From Bacteroidales bacterium (GTDB lineage Bacteria > Bacteroidota > Bacteroidia > Bacteroidales > CAIWKO01), in assembly GCA_018004645.1 (NCBI GenBank), contig JAGNBV010000003.1, forward strand, positions 1 to 63,943: a stretch of DNA of 63,943 nucleotides, read 5' to 3'. Position numbers and translations under genes: made by a program. The notes under the pieces were generated by a model. The model was given only the letters and a program-made list of their open reading frames with translations. It ran no database searches and had not been told where the DNA came from. Shown in pieces: positions 37,307 to 47,378 of the stretch. The stretch's first letter is position 1. The number at the start of each line of letters is the position of its first letter.

Positions 37307-38611
37307 TTAATTAATATCATGTGGTAATCCCGGGAGTATGCCTTTATTAACGTATATAGGGCGCACATACTTCCTGAGCGCTTTGAGGTTTACCCAAAGC
37401 CATACGCCTGATAAAATCGTTATGGTTCCTGAAATCAGCAATGTGTAAGGTATACCAATCCCACTGGCCAGCGTTCCTGAAAGGAGATTGCCAATGGGTG
37501 TCGTTCCCATCAGCGCCATAGCATAAAAACTCATCACCCGCCCCCGTTTATCTTCATCGGCAATGGTCTGAAGCATCGTGTTTATTGAAGATAATGAAAG
37601 AACCATAGTGAGCCCGGCGAAGAAAAAAATCATCATTGAAAGATAGGCTATGTGCGAAAATGATGCTAACGTTAAAGCCAGGCCATAAATTCCGATGCTT
37701 ACAGAAATTATTCTTCCCAGCCCCAGCACTGTTTTGCGTGATGCCATATACAGCGCACCGCACAGTGCGCCGGCGCCCAGGGCGGACATAAGGTATCCAA
37801 GAGTATCAGCATTTCCATGAAGGATTTCTTTGGCATATGCCGGTAAAAGAACTACCACCGGAAGGCCGATCAGGCTTAAAACAGCCAACATGGTAATCAA
37901 AGTGCGTATCGGCATGGAATGGAAGGTATAATGGAACCCCTCCGAGAAACTCTTTTTAAATTTTCCGGGAATGATGGACTGTTGTCTAGCCGGAATCTTA
38001 ATCTGCATCAGTGCGGCAATAACCGCGACAAAACTCAGGGCATTCAACAGAAAACAGATGCCCTCACCAACTATGGCAATGGTAATACCTGCAATAGCCG
38101 GGCCTATTAAACGCCCGGCGTTGAAAATTGCTGAATTCAATGCGATGGCGTTCCCCAGGTCTTTGGGGTTATCAATCAGATCGATGACCAGTGATTGCCG
38201 GGCCGGTGCGTCAAAAGCGTTGATAATACCAAAAACAATACTTAAGGTTACGATATGCCATACCTGTATGGCGCCGGTCAGTACCAAAACAGCCATAGCC
38301 AGTGCATGAAGCATGAAAAAAATCTGTGCAAGTTTCATTAATTTAAGCCGGTTATACCTGTCACTGATCACCCCTGAAAAAGGTGAAAGAATAAAACTGG
38401 GTATCTGACTGGTAAATCCCACCAGACCTAAAAGAAATACCGATCCCGAAAGCCTGTAAACCAGCCAGCTTAATGCAATATTCTGCATCCATGTTCCAAT
38501 CAGGGAAACACCTTGGCCTATGAAATAAAGCCGGTAGTTTCGCGAATGCAGCGATGAGAAAATGTGCTTTATCGCCGTAAAACCTTTCGGAATATATTTG
38601 TTGAGCCCCAT
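37307..38611 (-). CDS. MFS transporter (DUF894/EntS-like subgroup)
   Basis: 12-TM layout. FSGVISDRYNRLKLM is the loop 2-3 MFS motif. 434 aa. Confidence 0.7.
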   Translation of the reverse strand: MGLNKYIPKGFTAIKHIFSSLHSRNYRLYFIGQGVSLIGTWMQNIALSWLVYRLSGSVFLLGLVGFTSQIPSFILSPFSGVISDRYNRLKLMKLAQIFFMLHALAMAVLVLTGAIQVWHIVTLSIVFGIINAFDAPARQSLVIDLIDNPKDLGNAIALNSAIFNAGRLIGPAIAGITIAIVGEGICFLLNALSFVAVIAALMQIKIPARQQSIIPGKFKKSFSEGFHYTFHSMPIRTLITMLAVLSLIGLPVVVLLPAYAKEILHGNADTLGYLMSALGAGALCGALYMASRKTVLGLGRIISVSIGIYGLALTLASFSHIAYLSMMIFFFAGLTMVLSLSSINTMLQTIADEDKRGRVMSFYAMALMGTTPIGNLLSGTLASGIGIPYTLLISGTITILSGVWLWVNLKALRKYVRPIYVNKGILPGLPHDIN

Positions 38612-38769
38612 GGCCGGTAATAATTAATGTAAGTGTGTTATGAACCGCATACATTTTTGTATGACAAAGTTCCGAATAAATCTTTAGTTGATAGGAATTA
38701 TATCAGACAATTATCTAATGCTAGTGCCTATAAGAAAACTCGTGTTTGTACAACAAAACGTCAAGTTTG

Positions 38770-38803
38770 AGGCCTGCCTGACTGAAGTCATTCAGGCAGG
38801 CCT
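38770..38803 (-). terminator. Perfect 12-bp GC-rich hairpin between two minus-strand genes (terminator-like, no U tract)
   Basis: AGGCCTGCCTGA / TCAGGCAGGCCT with a 10-nt loop, about 105 nt downstream of the stop at 38910. Confidence 0.35.
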
Positions 38804-38909
38804 GCGAAGCGACAAAAAGCGGAGTATACTGGTGCAAATGAGCATTTTTGTCGCAAGCGTAACCCTGCCCGATGCAGGCGGGGAAAAAATTGACGTTTTC
38901 CTACAAACA

Positions 38910-39203
38910 CTATCTAAGCATGTGCCGGAGCGCTACCAACGGGTGATACAAGATCATCCTGGGCCCTGAATAACGCATTACCTGCCTTATTTTCTCCCGT
39001 TTATCTTTTTGGTAGCAATGAGTTGTGCACTTGCTGCATTTTGGCTTTTTAGGGTTGTATCGGCATTGATCAATTTTTTCATAAGCATAAAGTGTGAGTT
39101 GCCGGCATTCTTCGCACATTTCCGCATGATGGCGTTGTTTTTTACAATACATCCCAATCATGAGATACACTGTTTTTTTTTCCCGTTCGGAACTTGTCAT
39201 CAT
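38910..39203 (-). CDS. Nitrous-oxide-stimulated promoter family (YgbA-like) Cys-rich small protein
   Basis: MYCKK.H....CEEC..L..YA...ID.C......KP.CSKC..HCY pattern. ATG at 39203 preferred over the GTG at 39209. Confidence 0.55.
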   Translation of the reverse strand: MMTSSEREKKTVYLMIGMYCKKQRHHAEMCEECRQLTLYAYEKIDQCRYNPKKPKCSKCTTHCYQKDKREKIRQVMRYSGPRMILYHPLVALRHMLR

Positions 39204-39214
39204 AAACACACGAT

Positions 39215-41227
39215 TTATTTTTTACAATGTTTGAACAAGAGGTTATAGGATTCTTTTAGCCCCAATTCTCCGGCTTTACTGATATCCTCGCATCCTTTTT
39301 CAATATTGCCGGTAAATAGATATAACAACCCACGGCTAAAGTAGGCTTCGGCAAATGAGGTGTTGTAAAAAATACTTACGGAATAATCGAGTATGGCCCC
39401 ACTGTAATCGTTCAGCATGGTCTTGACATAGGCACGGTTGAAATACGCAAATGTAAATTTGTTATTCTTTTCTATGGCTGCCGTATAGTCTTCCAGGGCC
39501 TTATAATAATAGTCGTTTCTGTCTTTAGTGTCATTACCGGAAATCAGATCCATATTTTTCTGGTCCTGTTCCAGGTTTTGTCCCAGGTCATAATGAATAT
39601 TGCCCCTGATAAACCATGCCAGGTAAGAAAATCCGGATGAGTCGCTGATGCCGGTCAACAGGTTCAGAGCTTCGCTGTAATTAAACAACGAGGCAGATAA
39701 AATACTGCTCCAGATCAGAAGCGCCTCGTTGTGGTTTTCCTTAAGGGCAATTTCCTGCAGCCGGTCACGCTCTTTAATGATTTTTTCTTTGCCTGCTTGT
39801 TGGTCGTTATGGATGAATTCAAGGTGCAGTAGGATTTCACTTAACGAGTTAAGTTCGGCAAGCTGCGCATTATAGTTCTTAGGCGTGAGCGGTAAGGCGG
39901 TCTGTTGCGCCGGATCGGCAACCGTCAGGTAATAAAGCGGCTTAATGGAAATCTCATAAGATTTGTATTGAATTTTTCCGCTGGAGGTGTCAGCGTTTTC
40001 AACCTCGGTGCGTAGCTCAAACAAACTTTTAAACGAGTTGAGCTGGGTTTCGTTGTACAAGGTGGTATCCGTGCTGTTCATCAGGTGCTCGGCCATCATC
40101 TTGTCGCGGTGGTATCCATCATAATCATTAATCTGACGGTAAAGCATAGAGCGCATATAATACGCATGATAGAATGCGGGGTACAGGCTGATGACTTTTG
40201 AGTAATCATCAATTGCGCCTATCAGGTCGTTCTGTTGCTGTCTTATTTCGGCACGGTAAAAATAGGCAAGCAGGTTTTGGGGGTTGATGCTGATCACATG
40301 GGTATAGTCCGATATAGCCTCCTGGTATTGCTCATTTTCGGCATAAAGAGCGGCCCGGTTAAAATAGCATTCGGAATTGTAGGGATTGAGGGCGATAACC
40401 TTGCTGTAGTGCCGCATAGCGTTTTGATAGTCTTTCGTGTGGTGATAATACAGGGCAAGGTTGTAATAAGCGGCAATGTTGCCTGAGTCCCGGGAAAGCA
40501 CATATTCAAAGTCCTTATAGGCGGAGAGGGAATCCTCCATACACAGCCTGATGTGCCCTCTCAACAGAAATAATTCGTCGAAGGCCGGGTTTATCCCGAT
40601 GGCTTTGTTGCAGTCGGCCAGGGCTTTTTCGTACTTTTTGCTGTTAAGCCATAACACGCTCCTGTTGTACCAGGCGTTTACGTTGGCATTGTTCAGGAGG
40701 ATACTTTGGTTAAGATCTTCTTCCGCTGCCAGGGTATCCCATATCATTGTCTTGACATAGCCGCGGGCATTGAAATAATCGGTGTTGGTGCAATTTAATT
40801 CAATGGCCCTGTCAAAATTTTTCAGGGCATCAAAATAGTCTTTTTTTTCTGCTTTGATGATGCCAAGGTAATAGTATCCTCCACTATAACCCCGGTGTAT
40901 CATGGTGGTTCGTTCAAAATCGCTTTCGGCGCCAATCAAATCTCCCAATTGCATTTTTGCAAAACCCCGGTAAAAATAGGCGAGATGGTTTTCTTTTTTT
41001 TCTTCGATAACTTTGTTAAACAACGCAATGGCGCCGGTGAAATTATTTTTTTGCAGTTCCTCCTGGCCTTTGCCCATATAATAGTCCGTATTTTTTTGTC
41101 CCTGCGTTACGGCTATATTTAATAGCATCATAAATGACAACAGGGAAAAATAATATTTGAAGAAAAATGTCACGGAGCTTATGTAATATTTTTCGTGTGG
41201 TAACGACGATTTATTTTTTACTGACAT
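39215..41227 (-). CDS. Tetratricopeptide (TPR) repeat protein, 670 aa
   Basis: Many 34-aa repeats of the form A..D....I.LNP....AYFNRG/A. N-terminal hydrophobic segment. Confidence 0.7.
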   Translation of the reverse strand: MSVKNKSSLPHEKYYISSVTFFFKYYFSLLSFMMLLNIAVTQGQKNTDYYMGKGQEELQKNNFTGAIALFNKVIEEKKENHLAYFYRGFAKMQLGDLIGAESDFERTTMIHRGYSGGYYYLGIIKAEKKDYFDALKNFDRAIELNCTNTDYFNARGYVKTMIWDTLAAEEDLNQSILLNNANVNAWYNRSVLWLNSKKYEKALADCNKAIGINPAFDELFLLRGHIRLCMEDSLSAYKDFEYVLSRDSGNIAAYYNLALYYHHTKDYQNAMRHYSKVIALNPYNSECYFNRAALYAENEQYQEAISDYTHVISINPQNLLAYFYRAEIRQQQNDLIGAIDDYSKVISLYPAFYHAYYMRSMLYRQINDYDGYHRDKMMAEHLMNSTDTTLYNETQLNSFKSLFELRTEVENADTSSGKIQYKSYEISIKPLYYLTVADPAQQTALPLTPKNYNAQLAELNSLSEILLHLEFIHNDQQAGKEKIIKERDRLQEIALKENHNEALLIWSSILSASLFNYSEALNLLTGISDSSGFSYLAWFIRGNIHYDLGQNLEQDQKNMDLISGNDTKDRNDYYYKALEDYTAAIEKNNKFTFAYFNRAYVKTMLNDYSGAILDYSVSIFYNTSFAEAYFSRGLLYLFTGNIEKGCEDISKAGELGLKESYNLLFKHCKK

Positions 41228-41332
41228 TATTAACCGAAAAAAACGAAAAATATTTTATCTTCATTGACATGCTATTACTGACCAGATGTGTGAAACACCT
41301 GTCACGGGCAGTGTAACCACCGCATTGGACCA

Positions 41333-43438
41333 TTAAAATTTAAACCTTACCTGAGCTTTGATTTCGGATTTTTTGTTGCTGTTGATTTCGTCCCAGCCTG
41401 AGCCTATCACATTTCTATCGTTATAAAATGTCTGGGCAAAACGCAACCAGATATCGATATGCCGGCCAAGTTTATACTTCAACATAAGGTAATAACGTAT
41501 CCCTTTGCCATAAAAACTGGGGATGGAATACGCATACAACACATCGTTTTCGTAGGCGTACATCCTGGTGTCGTACGATTTGGTGTCGAACAGGGCAAAA
41601 CGAAACGAGGCGGCCAGCGGGAATTTGTTGGATTTGTACCGTATGTCCTGATAAATCATATATCCGTATTCGGGGTCTGCCGTATGATTTTTATAGCGCG
41701 ATACTTCCACACGGTTGCCCATATTCAGTGATGCAGATACGGGATAAGTCACCTGGAAACGGTAGTTTTGACGGGTATAAGGAACGGGATAATCAATAGC
41801 GGCGTCTTCATCATCGCTGTTGGTTTGCTTATTTTCATATTTATAGCGAAGCACTATGTTAATCTTTTTTGTAGGCTTGTACTGAAGTTGGAGGTTGCAG
41901 TCGAAGCCTTTGGATGGGCTGTTGACCAGATACCTCAGCCAGGGGAAGGAGTAAAAATCAGCATAGGCGTTGATCATTACCCTGTAGTGGGGACGGATGC
42001 TCAATCCGGTATAAAACCCGCTTTCGTTGTATGCGTTGCCACTTTCCAGAAAAGGGGAGGCAAACATTGATTGGTAGTTGCGCTGGTAATGACGGTAGGC
42101 AACAACAAGTGATACATAACGGTCGAGGCTTACCATAAGTCCGTTGATAGTGGCCCATCCGCCTTTGGGATTGTATTTGTTACGGCTGTACGAGGTTTCG
42201 CCAAACAGGTTGAAATTTCTGAAAATATAACTGTAATCGATGCCGATATTGAAATTGTTTTTTCCTTTAAAATCAAACATATTGTAAGGCTGCTGTTCTT
42301 TCAGCAGTTCTGCCGCCAGATGCATACCGTAGGCGGTAACACCGATGTTGATTTTTCTTGTTTTATAGGCCAGGTGGCCGCCATAGACCTGTTGGTTCAG
42401 AGTGTTTTTTTTGTCGGCCAGCGATTGGGTGTAGTGGTAACCGCTTTCGGTTATCGAGGTGATATAAAACTCGTCATTGTCCAGGGTGTCGCTTCCATTC
42501 AGCGAGGCGTCGATATTTTTTTTGGAGTAAAAAGCGGAAAGCTCAAAATTTTTAAAACCTATGGTAAATCCGGTACCACGCATAAATCCTGATTCGTAAG
42601 AGGAGGAATAGGGGCTGATGCCGCGTCCGAGTTTTTTGATGTTCACGGGTTCGCTTCCTTTTCCAAAACTAAGCCCTGTCCATAAAGTGAGTCCCTGCCC
42701 AAACTGCACATTGAAGTCGCCGACGAGGATACTCTTGATGATGCCAATATTCCTGACATTGACAAAACCGGAATAATAGTCGAATCCGTATTTGTTTATT
42801 CCTTTGAAAAACTGTTCTCCGGCATCTTTTTCGGCCGTAAATCCGCACAAGACCTTGTTGATATAGTTATAACGGTATTTTACATAAAGCTTGTCGGGAC
42901 TGCCGAGGTAATGCGGTTCGGTAGTATCCGATTTCTCGTATCCCTTCGATTTTTCAAGCCCGCGCTGGTAGCGGATGAATACATCGTTTTTCCCGTATCT
43001 CAATAGGTCCTTGAAGTTAAATGTCTGCCTTTCATTTTCAGGACCTATGGTGATGTATGGCAGCAGGCGGCTGATAAGGTCCACGTCGAAGCCCTGAACG
43101 GATTGTAATTCATATACCGATAATAACTTGCCATTTTTTTGAATGTGATCAATCAGGTTGTTGATTTGAATTTCGTTCAATATTTTCAGGGCGGTCAATT
43201 CTTCATAATCGGCCCTGTTGAGGTTCACGGGATGTTTCAGAAAATACTCCAGATCGGCCAGCATGTCCACGTAATCTATTTCGGCTTCGGTTTGTTCGCT
43301 GTAGTTTTCAATCTGTTGCTGCACCTGTTCGTCTATGGTGCTGTCTGGCTCTATTTCCTGGCAAAAGGCCGGTAGGCCGGCCAATGAAAGTGTTAACGCT
43401 GCAACAAGAAAAAACAATATTTTCAACGGTGGTTTCAT
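41333..43438 (-). CDS. Secreted helix-hairpin-helix (ComEA-like) domain protein with a large beta-rich C-terminal region (putative outer-membrane barrel)
   Basis: Signal peptide. Two HhH-like segments (VNLNRADYEELTALKILNEIQINNLIDHI; LLSVYELQSVQGFD). The C-terminal ~500 aa are rich in alternating aromatic/polar beta-strand patterns and end in ...AQVRFKF. Confidence 0.55.
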   Translation of the reverse strand: MKPPLKILFFLVAALTLSLAGLPAFCQEIEPDSTIDEQVQQQIENYSEQTEAEIDYVDMLADLEYFLKHPVNLNRADYEELTALKILNEIQINNLIDHIQKNGKLLSVYELQSVQGFDVDLISRLLPYITIGPENERQTFNFKDLLRYGKNDVFIRYQRGLEKSKGYEKSDTTEPHYLGSPDKLYVKYRYNYINKVLCGFTAEKDAGEQFFKGINKYGFDYYSGFVNVRNIGIIKSILVGDFNVQFGQGLTLWTGLSFGKGSEPVNIKKLGRGISPYSSSYESGFMRGTGFTIGFKNFELSAFYSKKNIDASLNGSDTLDNDEFYITSITESGYHYTQSLADKKNTLNQQVYGGHLAYKTRKINIGVTAYGMHLAAELLKEQQPYNMFDFKGKNNFNIGIDYSYIFRNFNLFGETSYSRNKYNPKGGWATINGLMVSLDRYVSLVVAYRHYQRNYQSMFASPFLESGNAYNESGFYTGLSIRPHYRVMINAYADFYSFPWLRYLVNSPSKGFDCNLQLQYKPTKKINIVLRYKYENKQTNSDDEDAAIDYPVPYTRQNYRFQVTYPVSASLNMGNRVEVSRYKNHTADPEYGYMIYQDIRYKSNKFPLAASFRFALFDTKSYDTRMYAYENDVLYAYSIPSFYGKGIRYYLMLKYKLGRHIDIWLRFAQTFYNDRNVIGSGWDEINSNKKSEIKAQVRFKF

Positions 43439-43443
43439 CAGTA

Positions 43444-44295
43444 CTATTTGCTAATGTTTTTCTTCGAAATTATCGGGTGTATGTCGTAAACCAGCGATGC
43501 TTGCGGTGTAAATCCCAGCACGGGATGGCGCGAAGCAGAAATGTCAAGTTTGAAATGATAAAATTCAAAACCCGCTCCGAACGAATAAACAAAAGGTGTT
43601 GTGGCAACACCAATTCTTACAAAAACCGGCTTGGCAACATGGTATTCCAGTCCGGTTTTGAACACCGGCTTAAAATTATTGTCTTTTTCTACTTCCACAG
43701 CCAAAACTGCCTTATCAGAAAATGTGTACGACAAGCCGATTTTAAAAATCAGGGGCAGCCGTTCGTCGTTGTATGAGGCAAGTTTTACCTGTATGGGATT
43801 GAAGATGTGGGCGCCTATCACCAGATTTTTGATGAGGACAGCCCTGATGCCTGCTTCAAAGGTGACTGCGCCCTTGTTGCCATAGTTTTCGCCAATATGG
43901 GTATAGATATAATCAAGCTGCACTCCGGCCGAGATATTTTTCCCGAAAGACATACCGTAGGCCAGGCCAATTTTTGATTCGTTATACAGACGATAACCCA
44001 GGCTGGATACGTTAACACCGAAAACTCCGGCCTTGTTTACAGGCACCACCAGCGAGAAACATTTTAATCCCAGTTCTTTAGTGATAAAACGGTTTTCATA
44101 ATAGATTCCGGCAGCTATCTTATCGTAATAAGCCATGCCCGCCTGGTTGTTTTGTACCGACCAGAAATCAGTGAAGGTTACCGATGCATGGCCCATGGCT
44201 CCGGAGCGACTGCCGAAAGGTGCATTTTCCTTTTGCGAAAAAAGAGAGAAAGAAACGATAAAAAGAAAGGAATATAATAGTATTTTTTTTGTCAT
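43444..44295 (-). CDS. Putative outer-membrane beta-barrel protein (PorQ/FadL-like; family uncertain)
   Basis: Signal peptide. GSRSGAMGHASVTFTDFWSVQNNQAGMA N-terminal motif. Alternating beta-strand pattern. Sits 5 nt downstream of the HhH gene. Confidence 0.4.
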   Translation of the reverse strand: MTKKILLYSFLFIVSFSLFSQKENAPFGSRSGAMGHASVTFTDFWSVQNNQAGMAYYDKIAAGIYYENRFITKELGLKCFSLVVPVNKAGVFGVNVSSLGYRLYNESKIGLAYGMSFGKNISAGVQLDYIYTHIGENYGNKGAVTFEAGIRAVLIKNLVIGAHIFNPIQVKLASYNDERLPLIFKIGLSYTFSDKAVLAVEVEKDNNFKPVFKTGLEYHVAKPVFVRIGVATTPFVYSFGAGFEFYHFKLDISASRHPVLGFTPQASLVYDIHPIISKKNISK

Positions 44296-44299
44296 CGGA

Positions 44300-44803
44300 T
44301 CATACTTTATATGAATACTTTAATTGGCTGAGTTCTTCGTTGGCCTTGACAATTTTTGCTTTCAGATTTTCTTTGTAGGCAATGTTTTTTTTCATCAGCT
44401 CTTCATTATCCAATGCAAGAATTTGTAAAGCAAGTATGGCAGCGTTGAGGGCGCCGTTTATGGCTACCGTGGCCACAGGAATTCCCGGGGGCATTTGCAA
44501 AATGGCCAACACGGAATCTAATCCTTCCAAGGACGATTTTATAGGCACGCCAATCACCGGCAAGGGCGTCATGGCTGCGATAACTCCAGGCAAATGTGCC
44601 GCCATACCCGCTCCGGCAATAATTACTTTTATGCCCCGCGCATGGGCATTTTTTGCAAAAACGGCTACTTCATCTGGAGTCCGGTGGGCCGAAAGCGCAT
44701 TTATCTCGAAAGGTATCTGCATGTCCTCGAAAAACTTTGCTGCAGCTTCCATCACCGGAAGGTCTGACGTGCTGCCCATTATAATGCTTACTAGTGCTTT
44801 CAT
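44300..44803 (-). CDS. purE: 5-(carboxyamino)imidazole ribonucleotide mutase
   Basis: [14 protein letters not shown]...SAHRTP...[13 protein letters not shown]... are canonical PurE motifs. 167 aa. Confidence 0.9.
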   Translation of the reverse strand: MKALVSIIMGSTSDLPVMEAAAKFFEDMQIPFEINALSAHRTPDEVAVFAKNAHARGIKVIIAGAGMAAHLPGVIAAMTPLPVIGVPIKSSLEGLDSVLAILQMPPGIPVATVAINGALNAAILALQILALDNEELMKKNIAYKENLKAKIVKANEELSQLKYSYKV

Positions 44804-44819
44804 AAGAAAATTATCTACA

Positions 44820-44827
44820 CAAAGATA
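44820..44827 (-). promoter_or_regulatory. Candidate -7 box (TATCTTTG on the minus strand) for purE
   Basis: Plus-strand CAAAGATA 17 nt upstream of the ATG at 44803. Confidence 0.35.
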
Positions 44828-44890
44828 AAATATTTATAAGATTGTCGGGAAAATTATTGAAATTTGTACTTTAGCCATGAAAATAATTTT

Positions 44891-45427
44891 ATGAAAAGAG
44901 TAACCCTTCACGACAAGACTTTTGAACTGTCTATTCCGGAAAGAGACATCCTGCAGGCAGTGGATCATGTGGCTGCACAAATAAATAAAGACTACGCAGG
45001 CTGCGAACCAGTATTTCTGATTATCCTCAACGGCTCTTTTATGTTTGCCGCTGACTTGCTGAAAAAAATTGACTTTAACTGCGAAACAAGTTTTGTGAAA
45101 CTCTCATCCTATGCAGGCACTGAGTCCACTCACTGTGTCAGGGAGCTTATTGGCATCGAAGAAAACCTGAAAGGCAGGAGAATAATTGTTGTGGAAGATA
45201 TCATAGATTCAGGCCTGACCATGGAATACCTGCTGGGTGAACTTAAAAAGGTGCAGCCTGCCGATGTGAGTATAGCTACTTTTTTGCTGAAACCCGATGC
45301 CTTGACCAGAGACATCAGGATTGATTATGTTGGAATAAAAATACCTAATGACTTTATTGTGGGTTATGGCCTGGACTATGACGGACAAGGGCGAAACCTG
45401 CCTGATATTTATAAAATTTTACCTTAA
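44891..45427 (+). CDS. hpt: Hypoxanthine(-guanine) phosphoribosyltransferase
   Basis: PRPP-binding loop IIVVEDIIDSGLTM and C-terminal FIVGYGLDY. ATG at 44891 (MKRVTLHDKTF) preferred over the track start at 44864. Confidence 0.85.
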   Translation: MKRVTLHDKTFELSIPERDILQAVDHVAAQINKDYAGCEPVFLIILNGSFMFAADLLKKIDFNCETSFVKLSSYAGTESTHCVRELIGIEENLKGRRIIVVEDIIDSGLTMEYLLGELKKVQPADVSIATFLLKPDALTRDIRIDYVGIKIPNDFIVGYGLDYDGQGRNLPDIYKILP

Positions 45428-45437
45428 AACCTTGACT

Positions 45438-46010
45438 ATGTTTAACATTATACTATTTGGAGCACCGGGAACCGGAAAAGGAACACAATCCGAAAATATC
45501 ATTAACAAATACCATCTGGAACACCTGTCCACCGGTGACATCATGAGGGAGGAAATCCGCAAAGGCACCCAGATCGGGGTTCTGGCAAAATCGTATATTG
45601 ATAAAGGCCTGCTGGTTCCCGACAGCGTGATATTTAAAAACCTCTATTATAAAGCTTCGGCCATCAAAAACCCAAAAGGTTTTATCTTTGATGGATTTCC
45701 CCGTACCATCAACCAGGCCGATGTGCTTGACAAGGTACTGATAAAAAAACAATGTCCCATTGCTTTGGTGTTGTATCTCGACGTTACAGAAAAAGAGTCC
45801 TTCAATCGTATAATGTACCGTAGTCAGCGCTCAAACCGTGCTGACGATAATGAAGAAATAATCTGGAAACGTATTGCTGTGTATCACGAACAAACCAAAC
45901 CATTGCTTCAATACTACATTGGTCAAAACAAACTGGTAACTATTGATGGTATGGGAAGCATCGAAGATGTCTTCGGTCTCATTTCAAAGGAAATTGATAA
46001 ATTTATTTAA
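45438..46010 (+). CDS. adk: Adenylate kinase
   Basis: P-loop at the N-terminus (MFNIILFGAPGTGKGTQ), LSTGD, GFPRT. The track ORF start at 45348 overlaps hpt and is rejected. Confidence 0.9.
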   Translation: MFNIILFGAPGTGKGTQSENIINKYHLEHLSTGDIMREEIRKGTQIGVLAKSYIDKGLLVPDSVIFKNLYYKASAIKNPKGFIFDGFPRTINQADVLDKVLIKKQCPIALVLYLDVTEKESFNRIMYRSQRSNRADDNEEIIWKRIAVYHEQTKPLLQYYIGQNKLVTIDGMGSIEDVFGLISKEIDKFI

Positions 46011-46045
46011 AAAAACCTCACTCACACACTCAACCACTGACCAAT

Positions 46046-46276
46046 GAACAATTAACAATTAACAATTAACAATTGGTAATGAACAATGAACAATGACCAG
46101 TGACTAATGACTAATGACTACTTTCAACTTTCCACTTTTTACTTTCTACTATCAACTTTCCAATGAACGATGACTACTGACTACTGACTATTGACTAATG
46201 GCTAATGACTAATGGCTAATGACTAATGGCTAATGGCTAATAACTAATGACTAATGGCTAATGACTAAAAACTAAT
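46046..46276. repeat. Phased array of 33 degenerate heptanucleotides (GACTAAT/GGCTAAT/GAACAAT/TAACAAT/TTNNACT)
   Basis: Reading 7-mers from 46046 keeps one register for 231 nt. Every unit ends in T, almost all in A(A/C)T. There is no ORF in the interval, and the array ends 100 nt upstream of the obg ATG. Confidence 0.85.
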
Positions 46277-46375
46277 AACATAATAACCCAATAACTCCTT
46301 ATCCCTCCACCTAATAACCTAACTAACTATTTCCCAAAATTTCTAACACCTTATAATAAATAACTACTACTTCCC

Positions 46376-47365
46376 ATGTCTGGTTCAAATTTCGTTGATT
46401 ACATTAAAATTCATTGTCGATCAGGCAATGGGGGCAACGGCTCAGCACATCTCCGGCGCGAAAAATACAAACCCAAAGGCGGCCCCGACGGTGGCGATGG
46501 CGGCAGGGGTGGGCACATCATTCTCAAAGGCAATAAACACCTATGGACATTATTGCACCTGCGATACACCAGGCATCTGAAGGCTGCCGATGGCGTTAGC
46601 GGGAGCAGCAACCAGTGTACAGGCGCTTCTGGCGAAGATACCATTATTGAAGTGCCTCTCGGAACTATTGCACGCGATGCAGAAACGGGCGAAATAGATT
46701 TTGAGATAACTCAGGATGGCGAAACAAAAATTTTGCTGGAAGGAGGCCGTGGCGGCTTAGGGAACCAGCACTTCAAATCAGCCACCTTCCAAACCCCACG
46801 TTTTGCACAGCCCGGAGAACCAGGATTGGATCGCGACAAGATTCTGGAACTGAAACTTCTGGCGGATGTGGGATTGGTAGGATTTCCCAATGCCGGTAAA
46901 TCTACTCTCTTGTCGGTGGTTTCTGCTGCGAAACCCAAAATTGCCGACTATCCCTTTACTACCATAGTTCCCAATCTTGGTATTGTCGGTTACCATGAAA
47001 ATAAATCCTTTGTCATGGCCGATATACCGGGAATTATTGAAGGTGCTCACGAAGGCAAGGGACTCGGCTTAAGGTTTTTAAGACATATTGAGCGCAATTC
47101 GGTGCTTTTGTTTATGGTGCCTGTGGATGCCGTTAATATTGCAAAAGAATATAAAATACTATTAAACGAACTCAAACAGTATAATCCTGAATTGCTCGAT
47201 AAAAAAAGGTTGCTGGCAGTGACCAAATGCGATATGGTGGATGAAGAGCAAATAAAAAAACTTCATAAAAAACTCCCTGATGTGCCATTTGTTTTCATTT
47301 CATCGGTAAGTTTATATGGTATTGCGCAACTCAAAGATAAGTTGTGGGAATTACTCAATGAATAG
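46376..47365 (+). CDS. obg: GTPase Obg/CgtA
   Basis: Glycine-rich Obg fold ([26 protein letters not shown]). G1 [10 protein letters not shown]3 DIPG and G4 TKCD motifs. Confidence 0.9.
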   Translation: MSGSNFVDYIKIHCRSGNGGNGSAHLRREKYKPKGGPDGGDGGRGGHIILKGNKHLWTLLHLRYTRHLKAADGVSGSSNQCTGASGEDTIIEVPLGTIARDAETGEIDFEITQDGETKILLEGGRGGLGNQHFKSATFQTPRFAQPGEPGLDRDKILELKLLADVGLVGFPNAGKSTLLSVVSAAKPKIADYPFTTIVPNLGIVGYHENKSFVMADIPGIIEGAHEGKGLGLRFLRHIERNSVLLFMVPVDAVNIAKEYKILLNELKQYNPELLDKKRLLAVTKCDMVDEEQIKKLHKKLPDVPFVFISSVSLYGIAQLKDKLWELLNE

Positions 47366-47378
47366 ATTGTTATAGATT

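Noticed and set aside
38688-38969. 93-aa plus-strand ORF between the MFS gene and the YgbA-like gene
   Set aside because: It spans the 12-bp hairpin and overlaps the 3' end of the opposite-strand gene, with no motifs. It is more likely intergenic regulatory or terminator sequence.
44382-44828. 148-aa ORF antisense to purE. Similar long antisense ORFs occur at 7660-8103, 16982-17350, 50718-51239, 53154-53570, 59126-59626, 59994-60569, 60173-60643 and 61261-61743.
   Set aside because: Each lies entirely within a well-supported CDS on the opposite strand. They have low-complexity or Ala/Gly/Pro/Ser/Thr-rich translations and no recognisable motifs, as is typical of shadow ORFs.
45348-45437. Long adk ORF start overlapping the 3' end of hpt
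   Set aside because: The P-loop must be near the N-terminus (MFNIILFGAPGTGKG). The ATG at 45438 gives a canonical adenylate kinase, and the extension is out of character and overlaps hpt.
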